Positions 8,805 to 18,758 of a stretch of DNA of 32,000 nucleotides are shown piece after piece. The position numbers and the translations under genes were made by a program. Location: NCBI RefSeq assembly GCF_907165195.1, contig NZ_OU015584.1, positions 2,458,978-2,490,977 on the forward strand. Reading direction: 5' to 3'. The notes below the pieces were generated by a model. The model did no database searches. It saw nothing but the letters and a program-made list of their open reading frames with translations, and had not been told where the DNA came from. Positions within the stretch are counted from its first letter, which is position 1; every line of letters begins with the position of its first letter. The DNA comes from Parvicella tangerina (lineage in GTDB: Bacteria; Bacteroidota; Bacteroidia; Flavobacteriales_D; Parvicellaceae).

Positions 8805-9920
8805 TTATAATTTTTGCTTCACACTTGTGATGGAAAAACTGCCCTTTTGATCTTTCAACAACAACGTATCTCCATATTCTATGAATTCTAGTATATGCTC
8901 TTGCAGATCATAATCAATCAATTGAATTCGTTGCTCTTGACGATTCAATGTCATCTTATAATCTATAAACTCCCCCTCTGGAGTTTCGAAGATAAGGTAA
9001 CCACCTCGATGAAAATGCACTCGAACTATTCCCCCTTCCCCTTTAAGTACTTGATAAGCACCATTAAAGTGAGCTCTTGGAGCCAGGTCATCGTTAAAAT
9101 TTCTGGATACAAAATACTTGAACTGGGTTTCTAATAAGAATAGAATCAAGATGACAACCTTAGAAACTCTATAATACGTTGAACGTGCGTAGTCAGGTAC
9201 AGAAAGATCCAGCCTCGCCTCTTCTCCAGTAAAAAAAGCATAGCAAACAGATAAATAAGGGAACAGCAGCGTAAGACTTAAAAGCAGAAGAAACCCAGAA
9301 AACAACTTGACCGTGATATCAAACCCAATATTAACTGCGAATACATTTGCCAGAACTCCTACACTCAACAATAAGCCAAAGACCTTACTCTTTCTGAAGA
9401 GCAAGAATAGTCCTGCCAAAACCTCAATTAAACCTGCAAATAGAGAATACGCGTAGGAAGTCCCCATAGTTGTCCAGTACAGCATATCTTGCGGCAAGTC
9501 TTTAACTCTAGTGTAGAGGATATTTGATTCTGGAGCGTAAAATTGCCACTTATACACCTTATCGAACCCATAAATTAATAAGATCAACGCCAGGTAATAC
9601 CTCATTCCAACAGTAGCGAAGACCATCCATTTTTCTCTTTGAACCTGACTAAGAAATCTTCGCAACAACCAATACACCAATAATGAAATGAATAAAACAT
9701 TCACCGTGTTCAAATATAAACCTGAAGCGTCCTCGCCAGAATGGTAAGAAGCTACTTCAATACCCAATAAGTGTGCCTCTAGTGAAACCAGCTGATTACA
9801 GAAAGGTTCAAACAAACCTCCAACATCAAAAAATATAGTAAATGGAAAACTGAATGACAGTGTAAATAGAAAACTAAACACTCCCATGAAAAGTGTTAAC
9901 TCCTTTATTGTTTTGTTCAT
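8805..9920 (-). CDS. Polytopic membrane protein (DoxX-like core) with C-terminal soluble beta-rich domain
   Basis: 371 aa with at least 6 hydrophobic segments. The stretch YAYSLFAGLIEVLAGLFLLFRKSKVFGLLLSVGVLANVF resembles the DoxX family. The last ~100 aa are hydrophilic. Its stop codon lies 17 nt upstream of the NIF3 gene start. Confidence 0.55.
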   Translation of the reverse strand: MNKTIKELTLFMGVFSFLFTLSFSFPFTIFFDVGGLFEPFCNQLVSLEAHLLGIEVASYHSGEDASGLYLNTVNVLFISLLVYWLLRRFLSQVQREKWMVFATVGMRYYLALILLIYGFDKVYKWQFYAPESNILYTRVKDLPQDMLYWTTMGTSYAYSLFAGLIEVLAGLFLLFRKSKVFGLLLSVGVLANVFAVNIGFDITVKLFSGFLLLLSLTLLFPYLSVCYAFFTGEEARLDLSVPDYARSTYYRVSKVVILILFLLETQFKYFVSRNFNDDLAPRAHFNGAYQVLKGEGGIVRVHFHRGGYLIFETPEGEFIDYKMTLNRQEQRIQLIDYDLQEHILEFIEYGDTLLLKDQKGSFSITSVKQKL

Positions 9921-9955
9921 GCTATCTCAGTACAGTCTTACTTTTGGTTCGTTCA

Positions 9956-9992
9956 ATAAAAAAGGTCACCCATCTGTTGATGAATGACCTTT
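9956..9992 (-). terminator. Terminator after TPR gene
   Basis: Minus-strand hairpin AAAGGUCA…UGACCUUU with an inner CAUC/GAUG pairing, followed by a U-run (plus-strand A-run 9958..9963). Confidence 0.5.
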
Positions 9993-10013
9993 AAAAGAAA
10001 TTAGCAGCTATTC

Positions 10014-11309
10014 TTACTGTCCTAGATCTTTCAATTTGTCCGCAACTACTTGATATTCATCGTTCATTTCTAACGTAAAGTAAATAGACTTCAAGAGTTT
10101 TAATGTATTTGCATCCGTTGGGGTTAGTTCATGAGATTTTTCAAGATAAGGAATAGCTTCTCTCAACAGGTCCTTAGATTCCTTTAACTTTTCATTATAG
10201 ATTGCTACATCCTCGATGTTCTTAATTTGATTTGTCAAGCTATACGACTCATTATTATAAAGCACTCCCATATTGTAATAGGCATCCGCATAATTCGGAT
10301 CAATCTCTATCGCTTTTTTATAAGCTTCAATCGCTTTTTCTACATACAACTTTGCTCCTTCATGATCTCCAGCCTCATGCTTTGCGTTAGCCATCTCATC
10401 AAAAGTAGCTCCTATGCTGTAGTGAAAAATAGGGTTATTTGGATCCTTATCAATTGCAGCCTGAAGCGCAGCCTGTGCTTTATCTGCATCTCCTTTTGAG
10501 TTATGATAATTAAACTCCTCAATAATAATATTGATATCGCCAGGATATTTCGCTTTAGCCTTTTCGATATAGGTATAAGCCTCATCAGAAGGACCTCCAT
10601 TCTTTCTATTCAACACCTGAATGATGTTTCTGTAAATATCTGATCCACCATAATTATTTTCTGCTGCCATTCCATAATACTTGATGGCATCATCGTAGTT
10701 GTCTAACTTGTCAGCAGATAAACCCGCATTAAACATGGCAATGGTATCTTTATACCCAATTACCTCAGACATTTCGACTGCACCTGCATAAGAGGCAAAA
10801 GCTTCTTCGTACTTACCATCATTAAACATTTGGTTTCCTCCCTGAAGAGCAAGACCTCTGTACATGTTCATTTTTTCAGAAATATCATCTTCATAATAAT
10901 CATCAATTTCTAAAGATTTTTTTAGTGAATTAAATGGAATTCCCTCATATTTTTCTTGGTTTGCTTCCATTTCTTTCAATGCTTCTTCATCCTTCGATAC
11001 TGCCATAATCATTGGATATTCCAGATAGATAACGCCTCTGTAATAAAATAACTTTGCCTCGTCTTTTGACTTTTTTAAGTTATGAGCAGATCCTTTCTCC
11101 TCGTATTCTGCATAAGCTGCATCAATAGCTTCTTTTGCTTCTATAATAGAAGACTTCGCTGGCTGAACACCATCAGGGTTCATCATCCACATTGTTTTAG
11201 CTACACCATTGTATGCAACAGCTGCTTCTGTCAATTTTAGTTTTTGTCCAAACGTCACGGAGCTTAGCGCAACAACACCAAGCGTTAGTATAGTATTCTT
11301 CATTTTCAT
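10014..11309 (-). CDS. Secreted tetratricopeptide-repeat (TPR) protein
   Basis: 431 aa. Signal peptide MKMKNTILTLGVVALSSVTFGQ. Repeated A/Y/G-patterned 34-aa helical units, e.g. EEAFASYAGAVEM…, DDAIKYYGMAAE…, AIEAYKKAIEIDPNYADAYYNMGVLY. Confidence 0.75.
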   Translation of the reverse strand: MKMKNTILTLGVVALSSVTFGQKLKLTEAAVAYNGVAKTMWMMNPDGVQPAKSSIIEAKEAIDAAYAEYEEKGSAHNLKKSKDEAKLFYYRGVIYLEYPMIMAVSKDEEALKEMEANQEKYEGIPFNSLKKSLEIDDYYEDDISEKMNMYRGLALQGGNQMFNDGKYEEAFASYAGAVEMSEVIGYKDTIAMFNAGLSADKLDNYDDAIKYYGMAAENNYGGSDIYRNIIQVLNRKNGGPSDEAYTYIEKAKAKYPGDINIIIEEFNYHNSKGDADKAQAALQAAIDKDPNNPIFHYSIGATFDEMANAKHEAGDHEGAKLYVEKAIEAYKKAIEIDPNYADAYYNMGVLYNNESYSLTNQIKNIEDVAIYNEKLKESKDLLREAIPYLEKSHELTPTDANTLKLLKSIYFTLEMNDEYQVVADKLKDLGQ

Positions 11310-11326
11310 AATTTATTACTGTGATG

Positions 11327-11334
11327 CAAAAATA
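11327..11334 (-). promoter_or_regulatory. Candidate -7 box (TATTTTTG) for TPR gene
   Basis: Plus strand caaaaata. 17 nt lie between the box and the ATG at 11309. Confidence 0.35.
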
Positions 11335-11394
11335 TAATTAATTCCATAAAACATTTGCAATTTGGATGCCAAACCTTAATTGAAAATTACCACT

Positions 11395-11402
11395 TACCTT
11401 TG
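11395..11402 (+). promoter_or_regulatory. Candidate -7 box (TACCTTTG) for the 11422 gene
   Basis: Matches TAnnTTTG and lies 19 nt upstream of ATG 11422. It sits inside the TTG-initiated extension of the ORF-track ORF, which argues for the 11422 start. Confidence 0.35.
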
Positions 11403-11421
11403 TTACCATATCTGGTATACT

Positions 11422-12489
11422 ATGAATACTACCTTCTGCAAATATATTTTTATCGGTATCACCCTTCTTTTGTTTGGATGCGATATCATAGCTCAAGATT
11501 CCAATATTAAGTTAGCAGTTTCTGGAAAATTTACCATTGGCACTCACATACCAAAATTAGAAAGTGTTGTCGGTCCTAGGTGGACCACCTCTCCAGGGGT
11601 TCATTTATCACTCGACCCTCATTTGAAATTAAGATGGAAAAATAGTTTTGACATTGGTCTGGGAGCGGGCGGATATCTGAATCACTACAACTTCTACCAA
11701 GGTGATTTTTCTTATGACATTGCTTTTCTAAGTTTAAAATACGAAGCGAGGATTTCTAAGTATTTCAAAATAAAAAAAGGCCCTTTTGAATACGTTTCTA
11801 TTGGATGCGCAGCGGGGGTTTCTCCATTCTCACATGAAGTCAATTCCAGAACAACAAATGATTTCATTGCCATTACTGAATCCAGACCGAAAAATGCTGT
11901 TTACTTCTCTCCGCACATAGGCACTTATAAAAGAGATGGACGATTTGGCTATTCTTTGGCTATTCAGTACTCATTCTATTCAGATCCATCACCGTATATT
12001 TACTTTAATCTCACCAGTGCTACCAGCGAATCTCAAGGCAGTCACAGTGGTAATTACATTGGACTCAACTTGGTTGTGGATTATGACCTTCGCAAAAAAG
12101 AAAAGCCAATTGAAGAAAAATATCCATATAAAGTGCCTGATGACTTTAATGAGAGACAAATTACCTCCACAAAAACACTTAAAGTCAAACAGCGTAAGAT
12201 CAAAATCCTGATCTGGGATCATGGAATGATTGATAACGACACCATCTCCTTAATGGTCAATGGACACCCCGTTTTAGCCAACTACGGGTTAAACCATTCA
12301 AAGAAGAAAGTTACTGTAAAATTGCCTGCTGATGAGAACACACTGACCATGTATGCTCATAATGAAGGATCAGTCAAACCAAATACAGCTGCTGTTATTA
12401 TTAAAGTAGGTCTACGCAAATACCGTTTTGAACTCAACTCAAGCATGGATCAATCCGAACAGTTAAAGATCATTCGACAGCAAGAATAA
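11422..12489 (+). CDS. Hypothetical exported two-domain protein (beta-barrel-like N-half, unknown beta-rich C-domain)
   Basis: The ORF-track start at 11380 is TTG. ATG 11422 gives MNTTFCKYIFIGITLLLFGCDIIAQ, a signal or lipoprotein signal. The N-half has alternating aromatic/Gly beta-strand patterns. The C-terminal ~100 aa read KILIWDHGMIDNDTISLMVNGHPVLANYGL…NTLTMYAHNEGSVKPNTAAVIIKV. Confidence 0.55.
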   Translation: MNTTFCKYIFIGITLLLFGCDIIAQDSNIKLAVSGKFTIGTHIPKLESVVGPRWTTSPGVHLSLDPHLKLRWKNSFDIGLGAGGYLNHYNFYQGDFSYDIAFLSLKYEARISKYFKIKKGPFEYVSIGCAAGVSPFSHEVNSRTTNDFIAITESRPKNAVYFSPHIGTYKRDGRFGYSLAIQYSFYSDPSPYIYFNLTSATSESQGSHSGNYIGLNLVVDYDLRKKEKPIEEKYPYKVPDDFNERQITSTKTLKVKQRKIKILIWDHGMIDNDTISLMVNGHPVLANYGLNHSKKKVTVKLPADENTLTMYAHNEGSVKPNTAAVIIKVGLRKYRFELNSSMDQSEQLKIIRQQE

Positions 12490-12529
12490 AAAAGTCCAGT
12501 TCCCAACATTATGGTCAAGAACCGGACTT
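12488..12529 (-). terminator. gyrA terminator
   Basis: Minus-strand RNA AAGUCCGGUUC-(16-nt loop)-GAACUGGACUU has a 10-bp core with one G-U pair, followed by UUUUUUA. On the plus strand the same position is an A-C mismatch and there is no U-tract. Confidence 0.5.
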
Positions 12530-12552
12530 CAAAACTTAGAGGGTTGAATACT

Positions 12553-15093
12553 TTATTCTTCCTCGTCCCCACCCGCATCTGGGTTAGGAACATTTTCTGC
12601 TTCAACTACATCCTCATCTTCATCATCTCTCTCCACTTTTGCAACTGCAGCAATTTCATCTTTACCTCTCAACGAGATTAAGCGTACACCTTGTGTAGCT
12701 CTACCCATTGTTCGAAGTGATTCTACATGCATTCTAATCACAATTCCAGACTTGTTGATGATCATGATATCATCTTCATCTGTCACCAGTTTAATCGCAA
12801 CTAATTCTCCCGTTTTATCAGTAACATTCAGTGTTTTAACACCTTTACCACCACGGTTAGTAATTCTGTAGATTGCTTCACCTGTTTCTGGATCATTTAA
12901 CAAGGTACGCTTACCGTATCCTTTTTCTGAAACTACCAAAATTGTGTGTGTCAAATCTTCAACACAAACCATTCCGATCACTTCATCTTTATCATGAGCC
13001 AGGGTAATACCACGAACACCAGAAGCTGTTCTTCCCATTGATCTTACTTTCTCTTCTGGGAAACGGATTGCTCTACCCGACTTCAAAGCCATAACGATCT
13101 CGTTAGAACCATTGGTTAATTTAGCTTCTAACAGCTCATCTCCTTCTCTAATTCCAATCGCATTAATACCATTGGTTCTTGGTCTTGAGTAAGCTTCTAG
13201 TTTTGTCTTCTTAATCACACCATTCTTCGTACACATCACAATGAAGTTGTTATTCACATATTCTTCATCTTTGAGGTCCTCTACATTGATATAAGCTTTC
13301 ACTTTATCGTCTTGTGGAATATTGATCAAGTTTTGAATCGCCCTTCCTTTTGAAGCTTTAGAACCTTCTGGAATTTCGAACACTCTCATCCAGAAACATC
13401 TTCCTTTTTCTGTGAACACCAATAGGTAATTGTGGTTTGTGGCCACAAATAAATGCTCTAAGAAATCCTTATCTCTAGTTTGCGTTCCTTTCGAACCTAC
13501 TCCTCCTCTATTCTGAACCTTATATTCATCAAGATTTGTTCTCTTAATGTATCCAGCATGAGAAATTGACACCACCACTTGATTGTCAGGGATAAGATCC
13601 TCAATACTCATTTCAGAAGCTGAGTATTCAATGGTCGATTTTCTTTCATCACCATACTTCTCCTTAACTTCCAACAATTCATCTTTGATGATCTGCATTC
13701 TTCTACTTTCATTCGCAAGAATGTCCTTAAGATCCTCAATGGTCTTCATCAGATCCTCGTATTCAGCTCTCAACTTATCTTGTTCTAATCCAGTAAGCTG
13801 TCTTAATCGCATTTCAACGATCGCCTTCGACTGAATTTCTGATAACTTGAATCGCTCCATCAAGTTCTCACGAGCCTCATCCACATTACTTGCCGCTCTG
13901 ATGATCTTAATTACCTCATCAATATTATCTGAGGCTATAATAAGACCTTCAAGAATATGAGCTCGTTCCTCCGCTTTGCGTAGTTCGTATTCTGTTCTGC
14001 GAACAATTACTTCGTGTCTATGCTCTACAAAGTAGTGAATCATATCCTTCAGATTCAACATCTGAGGTCTTCCATCAACCAGTGCAATATTATTTACAGA
14101 GAATGATGTTTGAAGCTGCGTATACTTGTAAAGCTTGTTTAACACGACATTTGAAATGGCATCACGCTTAATTTCGTAAACGATACGCATTCCGTTTCTA
14201 TCTGATTCATCACGAATCTCAGAAATACCAGTAATCTTTCCATCATTTACCAGATCAGCAGTTTTCGCAATCATATCTGCTTTGTTCACCTGATAAGGAA
14301 TCTCTGTAACAATGATCGCCTCTCTACCCTCTCGAATTTCTTCAATGGTCGCTTTGGCTCTCATTACAATCTTGCCCTTACCTTCCATGAAGGCATTCTT
14401 CACACCTTCATATCCGTAAATGATTCCACCTGTAGGGAAATCTGGTGCTTTGATGTATTGCATTAATCCTTCAACATCAATATCTCTGTTATCAATGTAG
14501 GCAACTGTTCCATCGACCACCTCAGAAAGGTTGTGTGGGGCCATGTTAGTTGCCATACCAACAGCAATACCAGCAGCTCCGTTCACCAATAAGTTTGGAA
14601 TTCGTGTAGGTAAAACGGTAGGCTCCTCAAGAGAATCATCAAAATTTGGAGCAAAATCAACGGTTTCTTTATCTAAATCAGATAATAGTTCCTCGGCTAC
14701 CTTTTTCAGTTTTGCCTCTGTATAACGCATTGCAGCAGGACTATCACCATCAACCGAACCGAAGTTACCTTGTCCGTCAACAAGCGGATAGCGCAACGAC
14801 CATTCTTGAGCCATACGCACCATCGTATCATAAACTGATGAATCTCCATGCGGGTGATACTTTCCGAGTACTTCACCCACTATTCTTGCCGACTTTTTGT
14901 ACGAACTATTAGCACGCACACCCAAGTCTAGCATTCCATACAAAACCCTTCTGTGAACAGGTTTTAAACCATCTCTCACATCAGGCAGTGCACGAGAAAC
15001 GATTACAGACATCGAATAATCGATGTAAGCTGTTTTCATTTCCTCCTCAATACTAACGGGAATTATTCTTTCTCCCTTTCCTTCTTCTGCCAT
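12553..15093 (-). CDS. gyrA: DNA gyrase subunit A
   Basis: 846 aa. [20 protein letters not shown] (QRDR region), catalytic Tyr in AAMRYTEA, C-terminal beta-pinwheel repeats (…[10 protein letters not shown]…, …NRGGKGVKT…), acidic tail. Confidence 0.96.
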   Translation of the reverse strand: MAEEGKGERIIPVSIEEEMKTAYIDYSMSVIVSRALPDVRDGLKPVHRRVLYGMLDLGVRANSSYKKSARIVGEVLGKYHPHGDSSVYDTMVRMAQEWSLRYPLVDGQGNFGSVDGDSPAAMRYTEAKLKKVAEELLSDLDKETVDFAPNFDDSLEEPTVLPTRIPNLLVNGAAGIAVGMATNMAPHNLSEVVDGTVAYIDNRDIDVEGLMQYIKAPDFPTGGIIYGYEGVKNAFMEGKGKIVMRAKATIEEIREGREAIIVTEIPYQVNKADMIAKTADLVNDGKITGISEIRDESDRNGMRIVYEIKRDAISNVVLNKLYKYTQLQTSFSVNNIALVDGRPQMLNLKDMIHYFVEHRHEVIVRRTEYELRKAEERAHILEGLIIASDNIDEVIKIIRAASNVDEARENLMERFKLSEIQSKAIVEMRLRQLTGLEQDKLRAEYEDLMKTIEDLKDILANESRRMQIIKDELLEVKEKYGDERKSTIEYSASEMSIEDLIPDNQVVVSISHAGYIKRTNLDEYKVQNRGGVGSKGTQTRDKDFLEHLFVATNHNYLLVFTEKGRCFWMRVFEIPEGSKASKGRAIQNLINIPQDDKVKAYINVEDLKDEEYVNNNFIVMCTKNGVIKKTKLEAYSRPRTNGINAIGIREGDELLEAKLTNGSNEIVMALKSGRAIRFPEEKVRSMGRTASGVRGITLAHDKDEVIGMVCVEDLTHTILVVSEKGYGKRTLLNDPETGEAIYRITNRGGKGVKTLNVTDKTGELVAIKLVTDEDDIMIINKSGIVIRMHVESLRTMGRATQGVRLISLRGKDEIAAVAKVERDDEDEDVVEAENVPNPDAGGDEEE

Positions 15094-15147
15094 ATTAAAT
15101 TATTAAGTTTATGAGCTCAATAGAATGAGCGCGTTTTTCAACAATCT

Positions 15148-15155
15148 CAAAGGTA
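15148..15155 (-). promoter_or_regulatory. Candidate -7 box (TACCTTTG) for gyrA
   Basis: Plus strand caaaggta. 54 nt lie between the box and the gyrA ATG at 15093. Confidence 0.3.
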
Positions 15156-15468
15156 ATTCATACATTTTCTTAGACGACCAGACAAACCTTCAAGTTATAA
15201 ACAAGTCATTGAAGAATTGAACAATCCATTAAAATCCTGACATTTTTTCATGAAAATGCGAGAAATCGCAGCTAAATAGTCTTAAATCAAGAATTAACTT
15301 CATTAAATCCGAACGCCAATTTTGGGAAAAGCTTTTAAAACGCTTTAAAATCAGCCTTCGAAACCAAGCCGATTGAAGTTCTGACAGCTTTAAGTCAAAA
15401 GCAACCTTCCCAACAGAAAAGTGTTTATAATTATGGGTAACGGCACAAATTTTGAGCTGTTAATTAAA

Positions 15469-15476
15469 TAAATTTG
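15469..15476 (+). promoter_or_regulatory. Candidate -7 box (TAAATTTG) for clpC
   Basis: Matches TAnnTTTG, 55 nt upstream of ATG 15532. A TTTG lies at 15451..15454, but its spacing is shorter than the -33/-7 spacing I recall. Confidence 0.3.
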
Positions 15477-15531
15477 ATTTTTGATAGAAATCAGGTATTT
15501 TTACTAATATTACAAACGAATAAAAGACGGT

Positions 15532-18129
15532 ATGGAGGCGAAGTTTTCAGCAAGGGTAAAAGATGTAATCAGCTACAGTAGAGAGGAATCTCTTCGACTG
15601 GGGCATGATTACATTGGTGTAGAGCATTTGCTGCTAGGTTTGATCCGTGAAGGTGAAGGCATAGCGGTAAAGATCATGACCGATGCTCGTGTAGACCTGA
15701 AGGAACTCAGGATGCAGTTAGAATCCAAATTACCCAAAGGAGCAGGGAAGTCTGCTAATAGTGGCAACATTCCCTTGCTAAAACAAGCAGAGAAGGTTTT
15801 GAAAATTACTTACCTTGAGGCAAAACTATTCAAGAGTAACATGATCGGAACCGAACACTTACTGCTTTCTATCTTGAAAGAAGAGGATAACATCGCCACT
15901 CAAGTCTTGAATCAATTTAAAATCGATTACGAATACGTTAAAGAGGAACTAGAATTAATGATGGAACAAGGATATAAAGAACCTAAAGCGGAATTTCCTA
16001 GCACGCCTTCTGACGATGAAGGAATGACTGGAGGAGGTTTCGGTAGTGGTGGAGATGGCGGTATGAGAAAGCCTTCTGACTCCAAATCAAAAACTCCAGT
16101 ACTGGATAATTTCGGAAGGGATCTTACTAAGTATGCAGAAGAAGGTAAGTTAGACCCAATAGTTGGACGAGAGAAAGAGATAGAACGTGTATCTCAAATT
16201 CTGAGTAGACGAAAAAAGAACAACCCGATACTTATTGGAGAACCAGGTGTAGGTAAATCTGCTATTGCAGAAGGACTTGCACTGAGAATTGTTCAAAGAA
16301 AAGTTAGTCGCGTGCTTTACAATAAAAGAGTGGTTTCTCTAGATCTAGCCTCTTTAGTTGCTGGGACTAAATATCGAGGACAATTCGAAGAGCGAATGAA
16401 GGCAGTGATGAATGAATTGGAGAAATCTCCAGACATTATTTTATTCATCGATGAAATACATACTATTATTGGCGCTGGAGGAGCTTCGGGGTCGCTAGAT
16501 GCATCCAACATGTTTAAGCCTGCTTTAGCGAGAGGTGAGATTCAATGTATTGGAGCGACTACGCTTGATGAATACAGACAGTATATTGAGAAAGATGGAG
16601 CTCTGGAAAGAAGATTTCAGAAGGTATTAGTGGAACCAACGACTATTGATGAGACGATTCAGATCTTGAATAACATTAAAGAGAAGTACGAGGAGCATCA
16701 TAACGTTAACTATACAGAGGAAGCTGTAGAAGCATGTGTAAAGCTAACAGAAAGATATATTGCCGATAGGCATCTTCCAGACAAGGCTATTGATGCTTTG
16801 GATGAAGTAGGTTCTAGAGTGCATATCTCAAATATTAATGTTCCCAAGAATATTATTGATATCGAAAAGAAGATTGAAGATATCAAAGAAGAAAAAACTC
16901 AAGTGGTCAGAAGTCAGCAGTATGAGGAAGCAGCTAAACTGAGAGATACTGAACGTAAACTGATCGAGGAATTGGAAGCAGCTAAGCAAAAATGGGAAGA
17001 AGAGAGTAAATCACACCGCATTACGGTAACCGAAGAAAATGTGGCAGAAGTGGTTGCAATGATGACCGGGATCCCTGTCACTCGTGTTGCAGAGAAGGAA
17101 TCTGGTAGACTTAGAAACATGGCTGAAGATCTGAAAGGATCAGTAATCGGTCAAGATGAGGCAATTGCTAAAGTGGTTAAAGCAATACAGCGAAACAGAG
17201 CAGGACTTAAAGATCCTAAGAAACCAATTGGTTCTTTTATTTTCCTTGGACCAACAGGAGTTGGTAAAACGCAGATATGTAAGGTACTTGCCAAGTACAT
17301 GTTCGATACAGAAGATGCTCTCATCAGAATTGACATGAGTGAATACATGGAGAAGTTTGCTGTTTCAAGGTTGATTGGAGCACCTCCAGGTTACGTTGGC
17401 TATGAAGAAGGTGGACAACTTACAGAAAAAGTTAGAAGAAAGCCCTACTCGATCGTTTTATTAGATGAAATCGAGAAAGCGCACCCGGATGTTTTCAATC
17501 TCCTACTCCAAGCCCTTGACGATGGTCAGTTAACTGATAGCCTAGGAAGAAAAGTTGATTTTAGAAATACAATCATCATCATGACTTCTAATATTGGTGC
17601 CCGTCAGTTGTCTGATTTTGGTACAGGTGTTGGTTTTGGAACTAAATCCCAAACAGACAATAAAGCAGAGAACCAGAAGTCAGTTATTGCAGCTGCGTTG
17701 AAAAAAGCATTTTCACCAGAATTCTTAAATAGAATTGATGATGTGGTGATGTTCAACTCACTATCGAACGAAGACATTCACAAGATCATTGATATTGAAT
17801 TGAAGTCACTGTTCAAACGAATTGTTGACCTTGGTTACACGATTGAGTTAACGGACGAAGCAAAAGACTTTATTGCAGAGAAAGGCTACGATCCGAAATT
17901 CGGAGCAAGACCATTGAAAAGAGCTATTCAGAAGTTTCTTGAGGATCCTTTAGCCGAACAGATTATTAACGCTGATCTCAATGAAGGAGACACTATCAAA
18001 GTAGCTTTTGATAAGAAGACCGAAGAGCTTGTTTTTGATGCTGCAAAAGGTAAAGCCTCTGGAAAATCAAAAAAGAAGGAAGAACCTTCTGAGTCAAAGG
18101 AGGAAGACAAAGAAGAAAAAGAGGATTAA
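15532..18129 (+). CDS. clpC: ATP-dependent Clp protease ATP-binding subunit ClpC (class I AAA+ unfoldase)
   Basis: 865 aa. Two Clp_N repeats (…[14 protein letters not shown]…, …[12 protein letters not shown]…). Walker A motifs GEPGVGKS and [11 protein letters not shown]-like [16 protein letters not shown] between the AAA modules. A GVGFG loop consistent with ClpP docking. K/E-rich tail. Confidence 0.9.
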   Translation: MEAKFSARVKDVISYSREESLRLGHDYIGVEHLLLGLIREGEGIAVKIMTDARVDLKELRMQLESKLPKGAGKSANSGNIPLLKQAEKVLKITYLEAKLFKSNMIGTEHLLLSILKEEDNIATQVLNQFKIDYEYVKEELELMMEQGYKEPKAEFPSTPSDDEGMTGGGFGSGGDGGMRKPSDSKSKTPVLDNFGRDLTKYAEEGKLDPIVGREKEIERVSQILSRRKKNNPILIGEPGVGKSAIAEGLALRIVQRKVSRVLYNKRVVSLDLASLVAGTKYRGQFEERMKAVMNELEKSPDIILFIDEIHTIIGAGGASGSLDASNMFKPALARGEIQCIGATTLDEYRQYIEKDGALERRFQKVLVEPTTIDETIQILNNIKEKYEEHHNVNYTEEAVEACVKLTERYIADRHLPDKAIDALDEVGSRVHISNINVPKNIIDIEKKIEDIKEEKTQVVRSQQYEEAAKLRDTERKLIEELEAAKQKWEEESKSHRITVTEENVAEVVAMMTGIPVTRVAEKESGRLRNMAEDLKGSVIGQDEAIAKVVKAIQRNRAGLKDPKKPIGSFIFLGPTGVGKTQICKVLAKYMFDTEDALIRIDMSEYMEKFAVSRLIGAPPGYVGYEEGGQLTEKVRRKPYSIVLLDEIEKAHPDVFNLLLQALDDGQLTDSLGRKVDFRNTIIIMTSNIGARQLSDFGTGVGFGTKSQTDNKAENQKSVIAAALKKAFSPEFLNRIDDVVMFNSLSNEDIHKIIDIELKSLFKRIVDLGYTIELTDEAKDFIAEKGYDPKFGARPLKRAIQKFLEDPLAEQIINADLNEGDTIKVAFDKKTEELVFDAAKGKASGKSKKKEEPSESKEEDKEEKED

Positions 18130-18153
18130 TTCTCTTTGAGTTATATTGAGAAA

Positions 18154-18180
18154 GCCGTTTCGAAAGAGACGGCTTTTTTA
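18154..18180 (+). terminator. clpC rho-independent terminator
   Basis: GCCGUUUC-GAAA-GAGACGGC is an 8-bp stem with one G-U pair and a GNRA-type loop, followed by UUUUUUAUUUU. The stop codon of the convergent 18178 gene lies inside the T-tract. Confidence 0.65.
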
Positions 18181-18684
18181 TTTTCTTTTCTTAGCAACTG
18201 GAGGATTGTAACGTACTTTATCCAGTTCCAAAAGAGTTTGAATTTCCGTCAGTTTAGCTGTTGCATTCTCTAGGTTCAATGACTCAAAAATCACGAATTT
18301 CTTGGAGTGATTACTGTTCAGCAACACAACCTTATAGAGCATGTCTGTAAATTTAGTTGGATTCACCCCATGCACGGATCGATTATGACTTACCTTATTC
18401 GATAAAAGAGAAATCGCTTTATACCCTCCCACCTCGATCCACTTACCTTTCTTTATTCCGAATGTGGTTGTGTACTTCAACACTTTCTTCTCGCTTGCAT
18501 CTATTATCAAACCTTCAAAAGCCGTGAGCACAAATGAGCCAACAAAACATAGTAACCCACCAACGATGTAATAGGAATCCTCCGCAGCATCGATCAGCAA
18601 ATAGATACCAGAAATGGTTGCTACAACACTCAAAAAAGAACCTAATGGAGGGAAAGAAGGTTTGAAATAAATCGTTTTCTTCAT
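18178..18684 (-). CDS. Hypothetical membrane protein: two N-terminal TM helices plus ~100-aa beta-rich domain with terminal helix
   Basis: The ORF-track start 18690 is TTG; ATG at 18684 gives MKKTIYFKPSF…. TM1 is LGSFLSVVATISGIYLLI and TM2 is IVGGLLCFVGSFVLTAFEGLII. After the TM helices comes …EKKVLKYTTTFGIKKGKWIEVGGYKAISLL… and a C-terminal helix NLENATAKLTEIQTLLEL. No family recognised with certainty. Confidence 0.5.
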   Translation of the reverse strand: MKKTIYFKPSFPPLGSFLSVVATISGIYLLIDAAEDSYYIVGGLLCFVGSFVLTAFEGLIIDASEKKVLKYTTTFGIKKGKWIEVGGYKAISLLSNKVSHNRSVHGVNPTKFTDMLYKVVLLNSNHSKKFVIFESLNLENATAKLTEIQTLLELDKVRYNPPVAKKRK

Positions 18685-18702
18685 CGCCAACCAAGATACA
18701 AA

Positions 18703-18730
18703 AAAGCCTCTTCAGATCTGAAGAGGCTTT
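18703..18730 (-). terminator. Terminator after the LamG/T9SS gene (perfect 28-nt palindrome)
   Basis: aaagcctcttcagatctgaagaggcttt is its own reverse complement, giving a 12-bp stem and a GATC loop. On the minus strand it is followed by further U residues (plus-strand A-run 18701..18705). Confidence 0.65.
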
Positions 18731-18758
18731 AAAATACTGGAGAATCGCTTACACCTTA

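Noticed and set aside
11380-11421. TTG-initiated upstream starts proposed by the track (11380; also 25187 and 18690).
   Set aside because: In each case a downstream ATG (11422, 25172, 18684) gives a proper signal peptide or N-terminus. For 11380, the promoter-like box lies inside the extension.
15094-15531. Small ORFs (8-24 codons on either strand, e.g. MKLILDLRLFSCDFSHFHEKMSGF on the minus strand) and a possible tRNA/ncRNA gene in the gyrA-clpC spacer.
   Set aside because: The ORFs are short, have no promoter-like box in the right place and no recognisable features. I could find no tRNA-like cloverleaf and no GC-rich stems. The region is kept only as an unexplained non-coding finding.
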